Shown piece by piece: positions 1-14,035 of a DNA stretch of 64,000 nucleotides. Location of the stretch: contig MU054212.1 in NCBI GenBank assembly GCA_013239625.1, positions 3,410,001 through 3,474,000 of the forward strand, read 5' to 3'. The position numbers and the translations under genes are program-made. Every line of letters begins with the position of its first letter. Position 1 is the first letter of the stretch. Source of the stretch: Lama guanicoe. Lineage: Eukaryota. Below the pieces are notes generated by a model. That model saw only the letters and a program-made list of their open reading frames with translations, did no database searches and had not been told where the DNA came from.

Positions 1-2639
1 CAGAAATCAATCTAGCTTTTTGTTAACAGGTATGTTATGAGAAGAAGTCACGGAGACTACAGTCTTCAAACATGTTCCCTCCAATTTCCCTCTTAGTAAG
101 TAAAGAACCCAGGACTCCTCTTTTCTAAAATCGCTTCAGCTTTTTGGGAAGACTGCTTCTAGCAGGTCGGAAGTATTTCTGACAACCAGAGATTCTGTTT
201 GAAAAGAGTTTCATGCTAAAACCAAAAACGATTCTTAAACCTTGAGTCTCTAGTAGTCCTGAGTCATTATGAGTTGGTAAGTAGCCGTAGAGTAGGCTGG
301 ACTTTTGACATTTGACTGGTGATCTCTGTTATGAGAGGTTACAAGAGATTTTTGAAATACATGAAGTAACATTCAGAGGACAGTGATGGTTGTGACAGAC
401 TGAAATATTTTGTAAGAAAAAAAATAGATTGGTGAATGTTGAATTTTAAAAAAATAGCTACAATATTTTCTACAAACCAAAATCTTCTACGAGCTCTAAT
501 TCCTGTGTGCATAGCAATCAGGTTCAGGCGGAATCCTAGAAGGCGTAGAAAGTGCTGTGTTTCACTAACATGAATAATTAACCGGAGAAGGACATGCAAT
601 ATTCATAGCGGGAAATTATTAAAGGAGATTGCAGGAGGGGAGAAAATATCTAAAAATTGAAGAAAAATGAATCATTCAGCTTATGGCATTTCCTTTATTC
701 ATTTATATGATTAATTAAAAAAAAAACTTTTCCTTTTGGGCCCATGACAGACATGGATGTGCTAGACTGTAGGACCCTTGGACTGTACTGGATGCCAGGA
801 TTGAAACAATAAGGGATTCCATGGTGCGGGTGCCTTCTGCTGGGAGACAGGCCTCTGGACTAGGGGAAGTGGGACTCACGCTTTGCTTTTTGATTTTAAG
901 CCCCTTCCAATAATATGACAGCTGTTACTTTGGGAGTCAGAGCAATTGTTCAGTTCAGTGTCACAACCTGCAAGTAATCTATGTTATTGGAAGTTCTCAC
1001 TTTTGTGGGAACAGATTATGGTGATGGGCTCTAGAAAATCTATTGAATAAATAAATATTTCCAGGCAGATGTTGCTTTTCTGCCCCAAGCCAACAGCAAT
1101 TGTGAGGCACAGAGCTTAGGGGTCACTGGTAGGGATATTAATTCACATCATAAAGCTTTGTCTAGGAGTGTCCACGAAATGATAAACAACTATTATTTCC
1201 TTGATGCGAAGTGATGAAAATGGGTCAAAAGAACAACATGTCTGAGATGTCATTTCTCCCGCCAGACACACAGCATCCATTCCCAGATGTTCTTATTTGC
1301 GTAAGAGGAAAACTGGGATTTCCGCCCCTCCTCCTAAAACCTGTTGGTCGGAGATCCTGGGTGCTTTAGTCCTTCAGAAAGGACTTTCAAGGATCACTTT
1401 CAAGTCCGGGAACTGGGGGTCTGATGTGAGCCTGAGCTAAGGCTACCACATGTAGCACTTTCTAGTTAAATCGCGCATCGTACTGCTGAGCTGACGTCAG
1501 GGCGGGCTCTGAAAGACTGCATCGTTCAGGTGTGGCCCCAAGAACAATGATGTCCCAATTAGCTGTGTCCAACCACCCAGATAACGTCACATCATCACCA
1601 GGCTCTCTGACCTTCCCTCTCCTGCCCTCTTTCCTTTTAGCTTAGAAAGTGAAATAGGCTTCAGACAAAAAAAAGAAGCTTGCAGAATCTGACATCAATT
1701 TCTCAAAAGGAAAATGGCGTATTTTTTATTTTACAGAAAAAAATGCTATAGTTTAAAAACTATATTTGCTGTAGATATCATTATACTTTAGAGCATTTAA
1801 GAGTGGAACCGTTTAACCCTTTCTAAATACCTAGAAATGTGTATGTGGGCTATTAAACATGGTGCTTCCTTCCTCTTTTGTTATTATGAATACATGTCGA
1901 TCACAACAGAATCTATAAATGTCCAGTAAACATGATAATATATTACCCCAAATGGAAGTTATACTATAGCATAGATTCATGAACAATGCAGGAAGTAATT
2001 TGAGCATTATTGGAAATGGCATTCATCAGCATTGACAATGCTGTTTTACACTGGGCCTGCATTAGATATAGCAGAGAAACAACTCATGCATTGGAATCAC
2101 CAGAGAATGAGTTGCTCAGAATAGAATTTTTTGGTTAAGTTTTACAACAGTATTTCCAAAAATTACCTCGCACCTTCAAGGTAACTCTAAAACTTTAAAC
2201 TAAGATTATCATTTTTAAATGAAATTAAGAAAAATACTCTGTATAATGACTAAAGTTAGACAACTATAAAAGTAATCTATCCTCATTGACAATCTACATG
2301 TAGGTACTGAGGACTTTTGAAGACATCCAGATTGTATTCATGGCTCTCATTTATTCGTGGAGTTATTCATTCATCAAATATTCACTGAGCCCTTAATATG
2401 TTTCAGGCATTTGGTTAGGCATCTTATAAAAGAATGGCTATATTTTCCTTTCTAAAGTTCTAGCCTATCAATAGTGTTTCACGCAGTCTGCAGAAACACG
2501 GAGCTAATCCCAGGTGGAAAGCTATCAGGCAGGCTGGAAATACTAAGACAATGAATAAGAATTTATTAGTATATTTCCAAGACTGTTAGAAGAGCAAGGG
2601 CTTCTGCCTTTCAGTGCAATCATTCAGCTCACTTAGCTG

Positions 2640-2850
2640 GCAAAATAAGGATAGTAACCACGAGGTAACACTTACGTAGTATAAGCTCTATGCTAACTGC
2701 TTTATGTGCATTGGTTTACTTTATCTTCAAATTAGTCTTGCAAAGTTACAATTCTGGAGCTTGTAGACGTTAATTAATTTGCTCAAGATCACATGAAAAA
2801 GTCTGGAACCAGAATCTAAATCCAAGTCTTTTTGACTTCAAAGCCCATGA
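2640..2850. mobile_element. MIR SINE (ancient, degenerate)
   Basis: MIR-core-like words such as 'taatttgctcaagatcacat' and 'gaaccagaatctaaatccaagtctttttgacttcaaagccc'. Confidence 0.65.
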
Positions 2851-3290
2851 CTTCTATACATAATGGAAAAACATTTACGTATTTATAATACTTTGATGAT
2901 ATTAGCCGTTAACCATCCTTTAACTCTTGCTCTGTGTTTCCCCCAACAACCTCTTCTGATTTACTTAGAATTTCCAGTAAATATTTTTCTTGCAGGAAGA
3001 AGATAGTCTACCAGTGATTTTGAATGGTTGATCCTCATGGATATTGCAAATTTAAAAAATTATAATCAAATGATTTTGCATCATGATTTATACTACCTCC
3101 TCTTATGAATTTGATTAACATGAGTTGGCCCCTCCAATACAAACATCACTTCTGAATACATTTAAATATGGAGTTTTTTTGGCCTATAGAACTCAAGACT
3201 ACATCAGACCAAGGTATTTTTGGCATCTAAGCAAAATCTCTACTTTATCCTTTATATTCTCAGAAATAATGCAGTAGTTTCTTTCTTTCT

Positions 3291-5840
3291 AAATAACACA
3301 CTCCTGAACAATCGATGGATCAAAGAAGAAATCAAAAGGGAAATAAAAAAATATCTTAAGACAAACAAAAATGGAAACAAAACATACTAAAACTTATGGA
3401 TGCTGCAAAAGCACTTCTAAGAGGGACGTTTATAGGGGTAAACACCTACATTTAAAAAAAGAAAGATATCAAATAAATAACCTAACTTTACATCTTAAGG
3501 AACCACGAAAGAGAAGAAAAAACTAAGCCCAAAGCTGGCAGAAGAATGGAAATAATAAACATTAGACAGAAATAAAGAACAGGAAAAGCAACGGAAAAGA
3601 TTAACAAAACTAAGAGTTGGTTCTTTCAAATGATGTTGACAAACCTTTAGCTAGACTAACCCAGAAAAAGAGAGAGGGCTCAAATAAAATTACAAACCAA
3701 AGAGAAGAGATTACAACTGATACCACAGAAATGCAAAGGATTCTAAGAGACTACTATGAACAATTACATGCCAACAAATTGGACAACCTGAGAGGAAATG
3801 GATAAATTCCTTGAGACATACAACTACCAAGACTGAATAAAGGAGTTATAGAAAAACTGAACAGATCAATAACAAGTAAAGAGATTGAACCAATAATCAA
3901 AAACCTTCCAACAAGGAAAATCCTAGGACGACATGATTGCACTGGTGATTTTTTATCAAACTTTTAAAGAAGAATTAATACAAGTCCTTCTCAAACTCTT
4001 CCAAAAAACTGAAGAAAGAACACACCCAAACTCATTTTATGAAGCCAGTATTACCCTAATATCAAAGCCAGATAAAGGCACTGCAAGAAAACTACAGACC
4101 AATATTTCTCATGAAGATAGATGCAAAAATTCTCAACACAATATTAGCAAACTGAATCCAGTATCACATTAAAAGGATCAGACACTAGGATCAAGTGGGA
4201 TTCAGCCCTGCAATGCAACACCGGTTCAACATGTGCAAAACAATATACATGATACATCAAATTAACAAAATGAAGGATAAAAATCATATAATCATCTCAA
4301 CAGATGGAGAAAAATTCAACATCTGACAAAATTCAATATCATTTCATGTTAAAAACTCTTAAAGTGCATTATAGAGGGAACTTAACTTCTATGTAACAGA
4401 GACCTGTGGTCTCTGTTATATATGACAGGCCCACAGCTAACATCATACTCAACAATGAAAGGCTGAGAGCTTTTCTCTAAGGGCAAGGACAAGAAAGGGT
4501 CCGTACGCTCACCATTCTTGTAACGTTGTACTGGAAAACCTAGCCAAAGCAATCAGGAAAAGAAATAAAGAAAGAAAGACATACAAGGCATCCAAACTGG
4601 AAAGAAAGAAGCAAAATTGTCTCTGTGTGTAGAAGACATGATCTTACACACAGAAAATCCTATAGACGCCACCAAAATACTATTAGGCCTAGTAAATAAA
4701 TTCAGCAAAGTTGCAGGATACAAAAATTGATATATAAAATCAGTCGTGTTTCTATACACTAACAAAAATTTATCTGAAAGAGAATTAGAGAAAATAATCT
4801 TATTTATAATAACATCAAAATAATAATATATTTAGGAATAAGAAGTGAAAGATGTGTACACATTATACTATAAGACATTGATAACAGATATTGGAGAAGA
4901 CACAAATACATAAGGTATATCAAAAGGTGCTTAGCATCACTAATCATCTGGGAAATGCACTTAAAAACCACAATGAAATATCACCTAACTCCTTCTAGAA
5001 TGATTGTCATCAAAAAGATGAGTTGATAAGCATTTGTGACGGTGTGGATAAAAGGGAAGCCTTGTGCACTGCTGGAATTTAAGTTGGTTCCACCATTATA
5101 GAAAACATTATGGAGGTTCATCAAAAATTTTAAAATAGAAGTACCATATATTCTACTAGTTCTACTTCTGGTTATATATCCAAAAGAAATAAGATCAGTA
5201 TCTTGAAGATATATCTGCACTCTGATGTTTATTTCAGCATTACTCACAATAGCCAAGGTATGGACACAACTTAAGTGTCCATCGACAGGTGAATGGATAC
5301 AGAAATTGTTTTATACATATATATAAAATGCAACATTATCCAGTCATAAACAGAAGAAAATCCTTCCATTTGGAACAACGTGGGTGGACCTTGAGGAAGT
5401 GAGATAAGTCAGACAGAAAAGGACAAACACCATATGATCTCACTTACGTGTGGAATCTAAAATAACTGAATTCAGAGAAAGAGAGAGTAGACTGGCTACC
5501 AAGGGTGGGAGGAGAGATGGATGGTGGTGGCCAAAAGTTACAAACTTCCAATTTTAAGATAAGTAAGTTCTGCGTGTGTCCTGTATAACACAGTGATATG
5601 TTAACAATACTGTGTTGTATATTTCAAAGTTGCTAAGAGAGTAAATCTTCAAAGTTCTCATCACAAACAAAAACTGTAACTACTTTGAGGTGATAGATGT
5701 GTTCACTAATCCTATTGTGGTAATCACTTCCGTATATACTTCTATCAAATCATTTCACTGTACACCTTAAACTTACACAATATTACATGTCAATTATATC
5801 TCAATAAAGCTGGAATAAAAAGAAAAGCAAAAGAAAAGAA
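3291..5840 (+). mobile_element. 5'-truncated LINE-1 (L1MA/L1MB-like): decayed ORF2, 3' UTR and A-rich tail, with an internal deletion near 4915
   Basis: ORF fragments DKPLARLTQKKRE..ITTDTTEMQRILRDYYEQLHANKLDNL and [36 protein letters not shown] are L1 ORF2; typical 3' UTR ending 'caattatatctcaataaagctgg' followed by an A-rich tail. Confidence 0.95.
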
Positions 5841-6351
5841 ATCATGAACTACAGTGTGGCATTTATGTAACGGATAATGTCCTTCAATGCTGCACGTCAA
5901 TACATTTTTGCAGAAGTGAGTCTTCTCAACTTAATGGCTGTTTAACTGATGGCTGTTTTATTGGAAACTCTAATACATTAGAAAGCCTTGAATCTGGAAA
6001 AAAGTAAATCATATTCCTGTGTACAATATGCATAAATATATGCATATACACAGAGAGCTGGGTATAAATACGTCATTTTACTTACACAGGAAAATGACTC
6101 AGATGCTCTGAGTGTAAACAAATCAAGGAGCTAAGTACATTAAATACTCTGGAAAATTACACTATCATGTTTGGGCAACTAACTTTAATTTGTGTGCAGA
6201 ATTAGGATTCACTGCTTGACTTTGGAAAATTTAAGCAAAAAAAAAAAAAATCCAGGAAAAAACACCTGCCTTGTACTCGTCAGTCCAAGTGGAGGAGTAC
6301 AGCTTTTTTTTAATCAGTAAGCTAATCATTTCCAAGAACTCTTCAATCTTC

Positions 6352-6778
6352 TGCATTAATTTCCTAGGGCTTCCATAGTAAATACCACAACTGGGTAGCT
6401 TAAAACAACAGAAATTTATTCTTACGGTTCTGAAGACTAGAAGTATGAAGTCAAATCGGTGGGCCACGCTCTCTCTAAGGCTCTAGCGAAGAACCCTCAA
6501 CGCCATTTTCTAGCTCCTGCTGAGTGCCAGCAACTCATGGCATTCCTTGGTTTATAGACGCATCACTCCAATCTGTTTCTATCTTCAAAATACCTTACGT
6601 GTCTGTGTGTCTCCAAATCGCTTACAAAAACACTAGTCTTTGGATTTAGGACCCACCCTAAACCACAAAGCCCTCATCTTAACTCATTACATTTGCAAAG
6701 ATCTTATTTCCAAATAAGGTCACATTCTGAGGTTCTGGGTACACAGGGATTTGGGGAGGTGACTATCCAACCAGAATA
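6352..6778 (-). mobile_element. MLT1-type (ERVL-MaLR) solo LTR
   Basis: 'tttcctagggct...aaataccacaactgggtagcttaaaacaacagaaatttatt...ttccaaataaggtcacattctgaggt' is the antisense MLT1 signature. Confidence 0.9.
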
Positions 6779-7719
6779 AGTCCCCATCCTGTTTGGGGCA
6801 TGTTCAAACTTAGTTTCCCACTTTTTCACCCCATACAATGAACACTTTAACTGATGAAGCAGGTCGTGGGTAGCATTTCACTCTGGAGCGGCCCCCACAG
6901 GATGGACCTCAGTAGTGATGTGGTGCTGAGTGTCAGTCTTTGCCTCTCAAGACACACTCACTTCAGCTAAGAATCAATTTATTTTGGAAACTGGAATGCA
7001 GCATTTCCCCAACTTTGTACTTATCGAGAGATGCTTTCATTTTGTTTCTTCTTGGGCCCCCGTTTTAAAAAATATTTTGTCTATCAAAGAAATTGTAATT
7101 ATTACGTCATTAATTCAATTTCTCATGAAATTAATTAGAGACCATTTAATAGAATTCCTTATAAACCAGGAAAGTTGACATTTAGCCTATGTAGATTTGC
7201 CATAAAATCATGGATACGTTCATGCTTTCAGTTAGGCATTTTGAAATTCTGGAGATAATCAACATGCCATTATGGCTACATCTGTTCACTTCCAAGGTAT
7301 GAATCACTGTTTGAAGGATTAGTGATGAACATGGAAGACGTGTGAAAATGTCTTAAATTTTCCATCTACTTTAAATGGAAGGAATTAACTGAAATACAAT
7401 TCACTTCTTATCATCTGATCTTAATGAATATTACATAGTTAAGGATTACTGCGAAGTAACAACATGTTAGATAGAAATTAGATGTGGAAAAGCTTTACTT
7501 TTCTACATATTTGAGATGAGAAGATGGGAGGGGTGAATGGAGGAAGGGTGCATGGAGCTCAAAAAGCCACTGAAAAAATGTAATAACAAAGAATTATAAA
7601 ATATTACCTCTTTAATAAAACAAGAGGATAGATAGTTCATAGTTTACATTTGTCTAGACATTTTGATTTAGAATAGATGTATTCTCTCTACAGTTTTTGA
7701 CAATGTCAACGTGCTCCGT

Positions 7720-7880
7720 GTAAAAGGCAGGTATTATTTACCGTAATTTCATAGATGGGAAGACTGAAGCTTTCCGGGGTGCAGACTCTCACCCCTCTGC
7801 CGGCCGAAGAGTACCCGGCAGAACTGAAATTCCAGCCAGTATCGTGAGAATCCATATAGTTCTGTTCCTTCCTTAGCCAG
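7720..7880. mobile_element. MIR SINE fragment
   Basis: 'ggcaggtattatttaccgtaatttcatagatgggaagactgaagct' resembles the MIR core. Confidence 0.6.
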
Positions 7881-9313
7881 TTACCTCTTGGCTCTTAGCA
7901 ATTCCTAACGCATTGTCCAGCACACTTTGAACAATGCTGCAGGGTCAAATCGGAGCACAGGGCTAAAATTCAGAAAAATCTAGGTTTCCATTTCAGTGGC
8001 TGTCTCCTGACCTTTGACACCTATAAACCGATGCAATAATATTTTCCCTACTTCTCTTGAGGGTTGAGAGAAGGAAGCAGACACAGAAACAGGAAACAAG
8101 GAGAAGACACCTTGTGGGTGGGAAAAGAAGACAGTGGGTGAACGGGAGTGACGACTTTGAGATTCCCGAAAGGAACAGCTTGTGATTGCGTTTCCTGAGA
8201 GTGTCCTGGTTCCCTTAACAATCAACCCACCCTTTTTAACTTTGGTTAAATAGCTTTTGTTGGTTTTTTGTTTCATACGCTCAACATATCCAGCTCCAAA
8301 GACACCAAAGTTTCTCGTCTAGCAGGGAAGACTGACATAAAACAAGGAATTTTTCCAAAGCATAGTAAGAGTAGGGGAGGCACCCCAAAAGAATCCTGTG
8401 TTAAGATGCTGTTGTTCATTTGTCTTTCAGCACAATTTACTTCCAGATCCACTCAGAATCAGTATTCAACAGGCATCCTGAACTGTGTGAGCAGGGGCTT
8501 CCTGTGAGGTCAAGGTGCTTGGAAGAGAAGGGCATGAAACAGAAGGCTCGTTTTAATTCCTTCCCAATTCAGCAGAGTTGGAAGCGACTGGTTGCCCCTC
8601 TCCCCAAGCCTCCAGTGTCCTCTCTTGTTTACTCCCTTTGTACATGAAGTCTTGCCATAGGCTTTCACTTGGAAGATATTTAGGAGAGTTAAAAATAAAT
8701 CCTTCCCTTTCAAGTTTTTCAAACCTCTTTTAGTTTAAAAGGAAGGAAGCAGGGCTGGTATACACCACACTAGCGTAAAGATGAAACGCACTTAAAATAT
8801 AACATGATAGTTTTTATCACCAGGCATGTCGTCAAAATGCTCTTGCCCTGGAATTTAGATGTGATGAAGCACTGTGGATGGATGAAACCCATCTGCACAA
8901 AGGGCAATGGACTGAATGGTTTTGAATCAAGGCTCTCTTGCCAACAATAAAAAAATGACATTTTTACGTGAGGCATAAAACAACTAACAAATGAAGCTAT
9001 AATCATGGGATTATTAGCAAATAAACTTCTCTGGACTTACAGAGCCATGGATCTGTTGGGAAACATTCACGTGGTAAAGTAAAAAAAAAAAGTTCTATGA
9101 ATTTATATAAAATTCCGTATCGCGATGAATGATTTATTACAACTTTATTTGTATTAACCCAGATGGTGCGCAATTTGGATATGTAACCCTGCACATGAGA
9201 AATGCTTTATAAATGCCACACATCTCTGTGAGGCGGCAGTGACCGCGTGCCAGGGGGACAGCGACTCCAGAAGGTCCCCGCCAGCACGAATAAAGAAGGA
9301 AATGGAATCTTAC

Positions 9314-9335
9314 TTGCTGGAGTAAAGAAACCACA
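9314..9335 (-). other. Candidate 22-nt micro-exon of an unidentified minus-strand transcript
   Basis: Minus strand reads ttctctgattgcttgattgttgttattgtttacag|TGTGGTTTCTTTACTCCAGCAA|gtaaga, in apparently unique sequence. Confidence 0.35.
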
Positions 9336-10499
9336 CTGTAAACAATAACAACAATCAAGCAATCAGAGAAGCAATTAAGGAGGAAGGATTCATTCTAAAC
9401 AGCCGACCTATAAAACGTGACCATTACATCTCGCCCAGGCAAAAGGAAACTTTGAAACGATCATCCTCAAAGTTTCTGCTTTAAAAGCCTCTTTATAACC
9501 AGTTGTCTTTCAATTATTTATTACCAAAAAATACCAGAGCGATTTAATTTCTTTGTTGGTATCTTAACTGTCTTTCAACTTTGGTGCTGGAGAAACTATT
9601 CTGGGCTATTCAGTTTTGAATTCTTACCCGTAAAGCTACAGATGTTGAATGAAAGGACCCATTTCCTAGGTCCTTTATGTTTTTTTAAAGAACTATGCCT
9701 AGAGCCTTAAGGTGCCTGTGGACTCCTGTGAATGAAGCTGTTAAAGACTCAAGTAAAGCACATCTTGGTTACACACTATCGTCTTGCACAGCAAAAGACC
9801 GCTTTGCACACATGAGCCATTATCTGCTACCCCAGTGGATTGTGTTACCACCCATGACCTTTCTAATCCATTTAAGCAATGCTAAGGCTTTTCAAAACTT
9901 CTCATGTACTTCCACAAGCAACTCAAAAGATGTAGGAACCAGGCACTAAACTCCCTTCCTGAAAGAAAACGTTTCTAATTTTTTCCTTAAGGATAATGAT
10001 TTGAAAAATATCAGATGTTAGACCACAGAAATAACTTTTATTTTGGAGGGCTATTTCGTTGATAGGGACTTCAAGTAAGGCCTAACATGCAAAATAACAC
10101 AACTCGTAAAGTTGTGTTACAGAATTCAGTAAGTCTATAATTAAGAAATCCTTTATGTTTTTAAGCTTGATGTTTGACATATTCAAAGCTGTGGTAACCT
10201 AGGGAAAAGCATATACTACGTCATAACTATTCATATGATGTCTACATATATGATGTTTACAGAGAATCATAAAGTGGAAATAAGTACATCTAAGGGTATA
10301 GTTACACATGTTCACTAACAGAGAGACATATGTAGGGAACAATGCTGAATCCTGGAATCTAATCTAACTCTTGCTTTGTACTTAGAGAACGCTCTGGATA
10401 ACTTCTCTCAGTTTACCTCTGCCAAACCCAGCCCCAGCTAGCATGGTGCCTACATGTCAGATAACAGGCAGTGGGAAGGGGTTCTTCAGAATTATGGGT

Positions 10500-10900
10500 A
10501 TTTCCCCCTGTTCCTGCTCAAACCATATACAGGTTTTGTGTGAGTATGTTTTCACTTCTCTTGAGCTAATACTTGTGGGGCAGGGTGCTGAGTCATGGCA
10601 ATTGTATAATTAAGCTTATTAGAAACTGACAAGTCTGCTTTCCAAAGCTGAACCATTTTTCATTCCTACCAGCAATGCCTAAGTGCTACAATTTGTTGCT
10701 CTTTTAAAAAAAAAACTTCTTTAGGCCATTCGGGTTTACTTGCCATTCCACACATGCTGTAGAACAGACTTGCTGAGATATACAAAATAATCTTCAGGGA
10801 TTTTCAGTGGGATTGAATTAACTCTGTACATCGATTGAGACAGGATTGATATTGATAATAATATTGCTATTGAATTTTTCATTCCATGGATACAGTATGT
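10500..10900 (-). mobile_element. Old LINE-1 fragments (antisense)
   Basis: 'ttccaaagctgaaccattttcattcctaccagcaat' and 'gggattgaattaactctgtac' are antisense L1 ORF2 words. Confidence 0.65.
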
Positions 10901-11094
10901 ATCTTTGAAACTCTAGGTTAAGAATGCCTCAGAGAAGTAAAAAGAACACAGGGAAAAGGAACTTTTCATTAGACATTTATTGCCCTACAAGTATTTGAAA
11001 TTAATTGGCTGGAGTTGCTAGTTCCACATCTGATTTGAAAATCAGTAAGGACACCATCAAAAGGTCTAAATCACTAGGGTTTTGTGGCATTAAG

Positions 11095-11330
11095 TAAAAC
11101 ACTAAGAGACCTATAAAAACTCCTTGAACTAATTAATGAGTTTAGAAAGGTCACAGGACATAAGTAAACACACAACAATCAATCATATTTCTACACACTA
11201 GTAATAAACAGTTGGAATGTAAATTTAACAGACTGTACTGCACACAGGAGCACCAACCTTTGAAATGCTTACCTATATATCACAAACTATGTACAGAAAT
11301 TACACTGAAAACAAAAAAAATCTCTGATGA
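11095..11330 (+). mobile_element. Old LINE-1 ORF2 fragment
   Basis: 'aaaactccttgaactaattaatgagtttagaaaggtcacaggacataag' matches L1 ORF2 RT-region sequence. Confidence 0.65.
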
Positions 11331-11503
11331 CGATGTAGACCAGCTCCACAATTTGTTGAATTTGCACTGAGTCTTTATTTAAATGAGAGACATTATATTT
11401 CTATGACATTAATCAGACTTATTTGCAAAAGTCACTTAAAATTAAATCCTTTGACACTGATACTAGGAAGAGAAAAGGCAGGGGCACATGGAAATAAATG
11501 GAC

Positions 11504-11925
11504 TGTTGAATGAGGACAAACGCTATTTATTCTGAACTTGTTATAGCAAAGGAGTCACCACGATCACTTGAATTTGGCAGAGAGAGAAGTAGTGAAGTCT
11601 TACAGTGAAAACAGGGAAGGCTTTAGGTATGTTCCGATTGGAGGCTGTTGACCTGGGGAAGCTGGAGGCTGGGCTTACTTGAAACAGAGCGTCCTATGTG
11701 ACTGGTTTGGGGAGCATCCTTGGCTTTCTCTTGTTGGTGCTGAGTCAGAAGCAAGGGCAAGAAAAACAGGGAAGCTAGTAGTCATTGCCTACATCCTGAC
11801 TGCTGTGGGCCCACTGCTGAGAGATTGTTGTTTGGTTTCCTGGTCTGATCACTGGAGAGGTTGTGAGTTATTGTTCTATTGTTATATATGGTCTAGCCGT
11901 TGTCCATGTGTACATTCAACTTCTG
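11504..11925 (-). mobile_element. ERV1-class solo LTR (old MER-type, subfamily not determined)
   Basis: Starts tgttg; contains antisense poly(A) signal 'tttatt', 'gattgg' CCAAT-like box and the 'atatatggtctagccgttgtcc..tacattca' terminal motif typical of MER-type LTRs. Confidence 0.65.
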
Positions 11926-13444
11926 GGAAGGCATTCTGGGGAGAAGACACTGGAAATACTCTAGCCATATGAATAATTCCCAGCCAGCTAAAGGTGCAGG
12001 GAAAGAATCGTCAATGCATAAGGTACAGCATGTGCAGAAACAGAGACTCCCGTCTATGTCTTGAAGGACTGTAAGTCCCACACACTATACAAATGGTGCA
12101 GTGGTGACATTGCATAGTATATGCATTATACAATTTTAACCAAATCTGTATTTTATTAGTATAAAGCACCCGTATTTCCACATTTTTCTCTGTATTTTCC
12201 TTATTCTGAGATTGAGATTGCTGCCAGGCACGTCTCCATCCTATCTTTATCCCCTCCACACATGGTTGATACTCTTACATGCTAACAATACTGTCATTCA
12301 TTTGCATTCATATAAATCTTCGCTCCGCTCCCCACACCAGGGCTATTTTGTCCACACAAAGCTAGCTCAACTGTCAAATTCTGAAAGACCCATCAAATGC
12401 TCATCATGTTCTCTGTAGCTTTCCTTTCTGGAATTAGGCGGACAATAATCAGTTCCATTGTACATCATCAAAAGCAAAATTTAATACCAAATTATGTGCC
12501 ATTCTCTACAACGAGGAGTGGTTATGAAAAATGCTGGTTGGAAGAATTAGTTATGGTGAAAGGGTAGAATGCTCATCATTTGGAGTGTTTCACAGTTGCA
12601 TTGCTTTTTTGCTACAGCTTTTGAGCCTTTTCCACTTTGATTTCTTCCCATGGCTGGTTAACCTTTAACTTTTGAACCCCCTGTGACTCTTAAATTTTTT
12701 GCAGATTCTAATGATCTATTTAAAGTATGGGATAAGTAAATCAATAAAATGGCTTTCATCTTAAAGAGCAGAGAAAATTATGTCCCACCATTACATGAAA
12801 TTTGAAAGGTACTTTTTTTTTTTTTAACAAAACCCGTGTCACCCAAAGAGAGCAGTATCTTCTATCTCTTCTAGTCCAGTTTACTTTGGCTCAGAGATAA
12901 ATGGATAACTGAGATATTATGCCTTTTAAACTTCTTGTTGTGACTATTAAAACAACAGCAGCATAAACTTTCATCAGGCCAAGACAACTGACATTACTCA
13001 CACTGCAATTATTTGCTTATGTATCTGTGTCATAATTCTATTCTAAAGGACAAGCATGTCTTGTGTTCATTGCTGTGTGCCCAGAATCCAGGACAGGGTA
13101 CAGAAAAGACAATGAATAAATGCTTGTGGCATAAATGAGTAAGCTAAAGCTGTTTTCCTCACCGTTGGATCCCAACACCCACTCCTTTCTTTTATTCAGT
13201 CATTACTTGTGCTTTATTTAGTCCACTGTCTTTTTCCAAATAGTCTCTTCTTCTTCCAAATGCTGTCTCTTTTATTCAGACTCTCAATGCTTTGTACCTG
13301 TGCTAATCAACAATCTTCCATCCAGCTTCTCAGTACCTCCCCACATGAGGGTACACTCTACACTGTCCCAATTCTCTCACTCTGATGGAAACGTGACCTT
13401 GTCATCCCCAGCCTTAAAACTTTTCAAAATTTCCCCATGGCCCA

Positions 13445-14035
13445 AACGGTGAATGTGCTTATCAGTGGATAAATGCATAAAAAAAAAAATGTGATACACA
13501 CACACATGAACCCCCCACCACCACCAAAAAAACAGTGTTATTCAGCATTAAAAAGTAGGAAATCCTGCCATTTGTGACAACATGGATAAACCTGGAAGGC
13601 ATTATTCTCAGTAAATTAACTAGACAGAGAAAGACAAATACTGCATGGTATCACTTATATGTGGGAAAAAAAGCTGAATTCATAGAAACAGAGTTGAATG
13701 GTGGTTGCCAGGAGCTGGGTGGGGGTGGGAAAAATTGAAAGAGGTTGCTCAGAGGGTACACACTTCCAGTTATAAGATCAGTAAGGTCTGAGGTCACAAT
13801 GTATAACATGGTGACTACAGTTGATAATACTGTACTGTATAATTAAAATTTTCTAAGAGAGTAGAACTTAACTGCTCTTATCAAAAAAGAAAAAAAGGGA
13901 AATATATGAGGTGATGGATGTATTAGTTAACGGGATTGTGTAAATCCTTTCATAATGTATATGTATATTAAATCTCATCTTATACTTTAAATACATTACG
14001 ATTTTGTCAATTATATCTAAATAAAACTAAAAAAA
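13445..14035 (+). mobile_element. LINE-1 3' end (L1MA/L1MB-like)
   Basis: 'aaatcctgccatttgtgacaacatggataaacctgga', 3' UTR similar to that at 5330-5820, ends in aataaa plus A-tail. Confidence 0.9.

Noticed and set aside
3262..5855. Possible decayed TSD around the first L1 (agaaataatgcagtag / agaaatcatgaactac)
   Set aside because: Only 12 of 16 matches in AT-rich DNA and not flush with the 5' end; cannot be distinguished from chance
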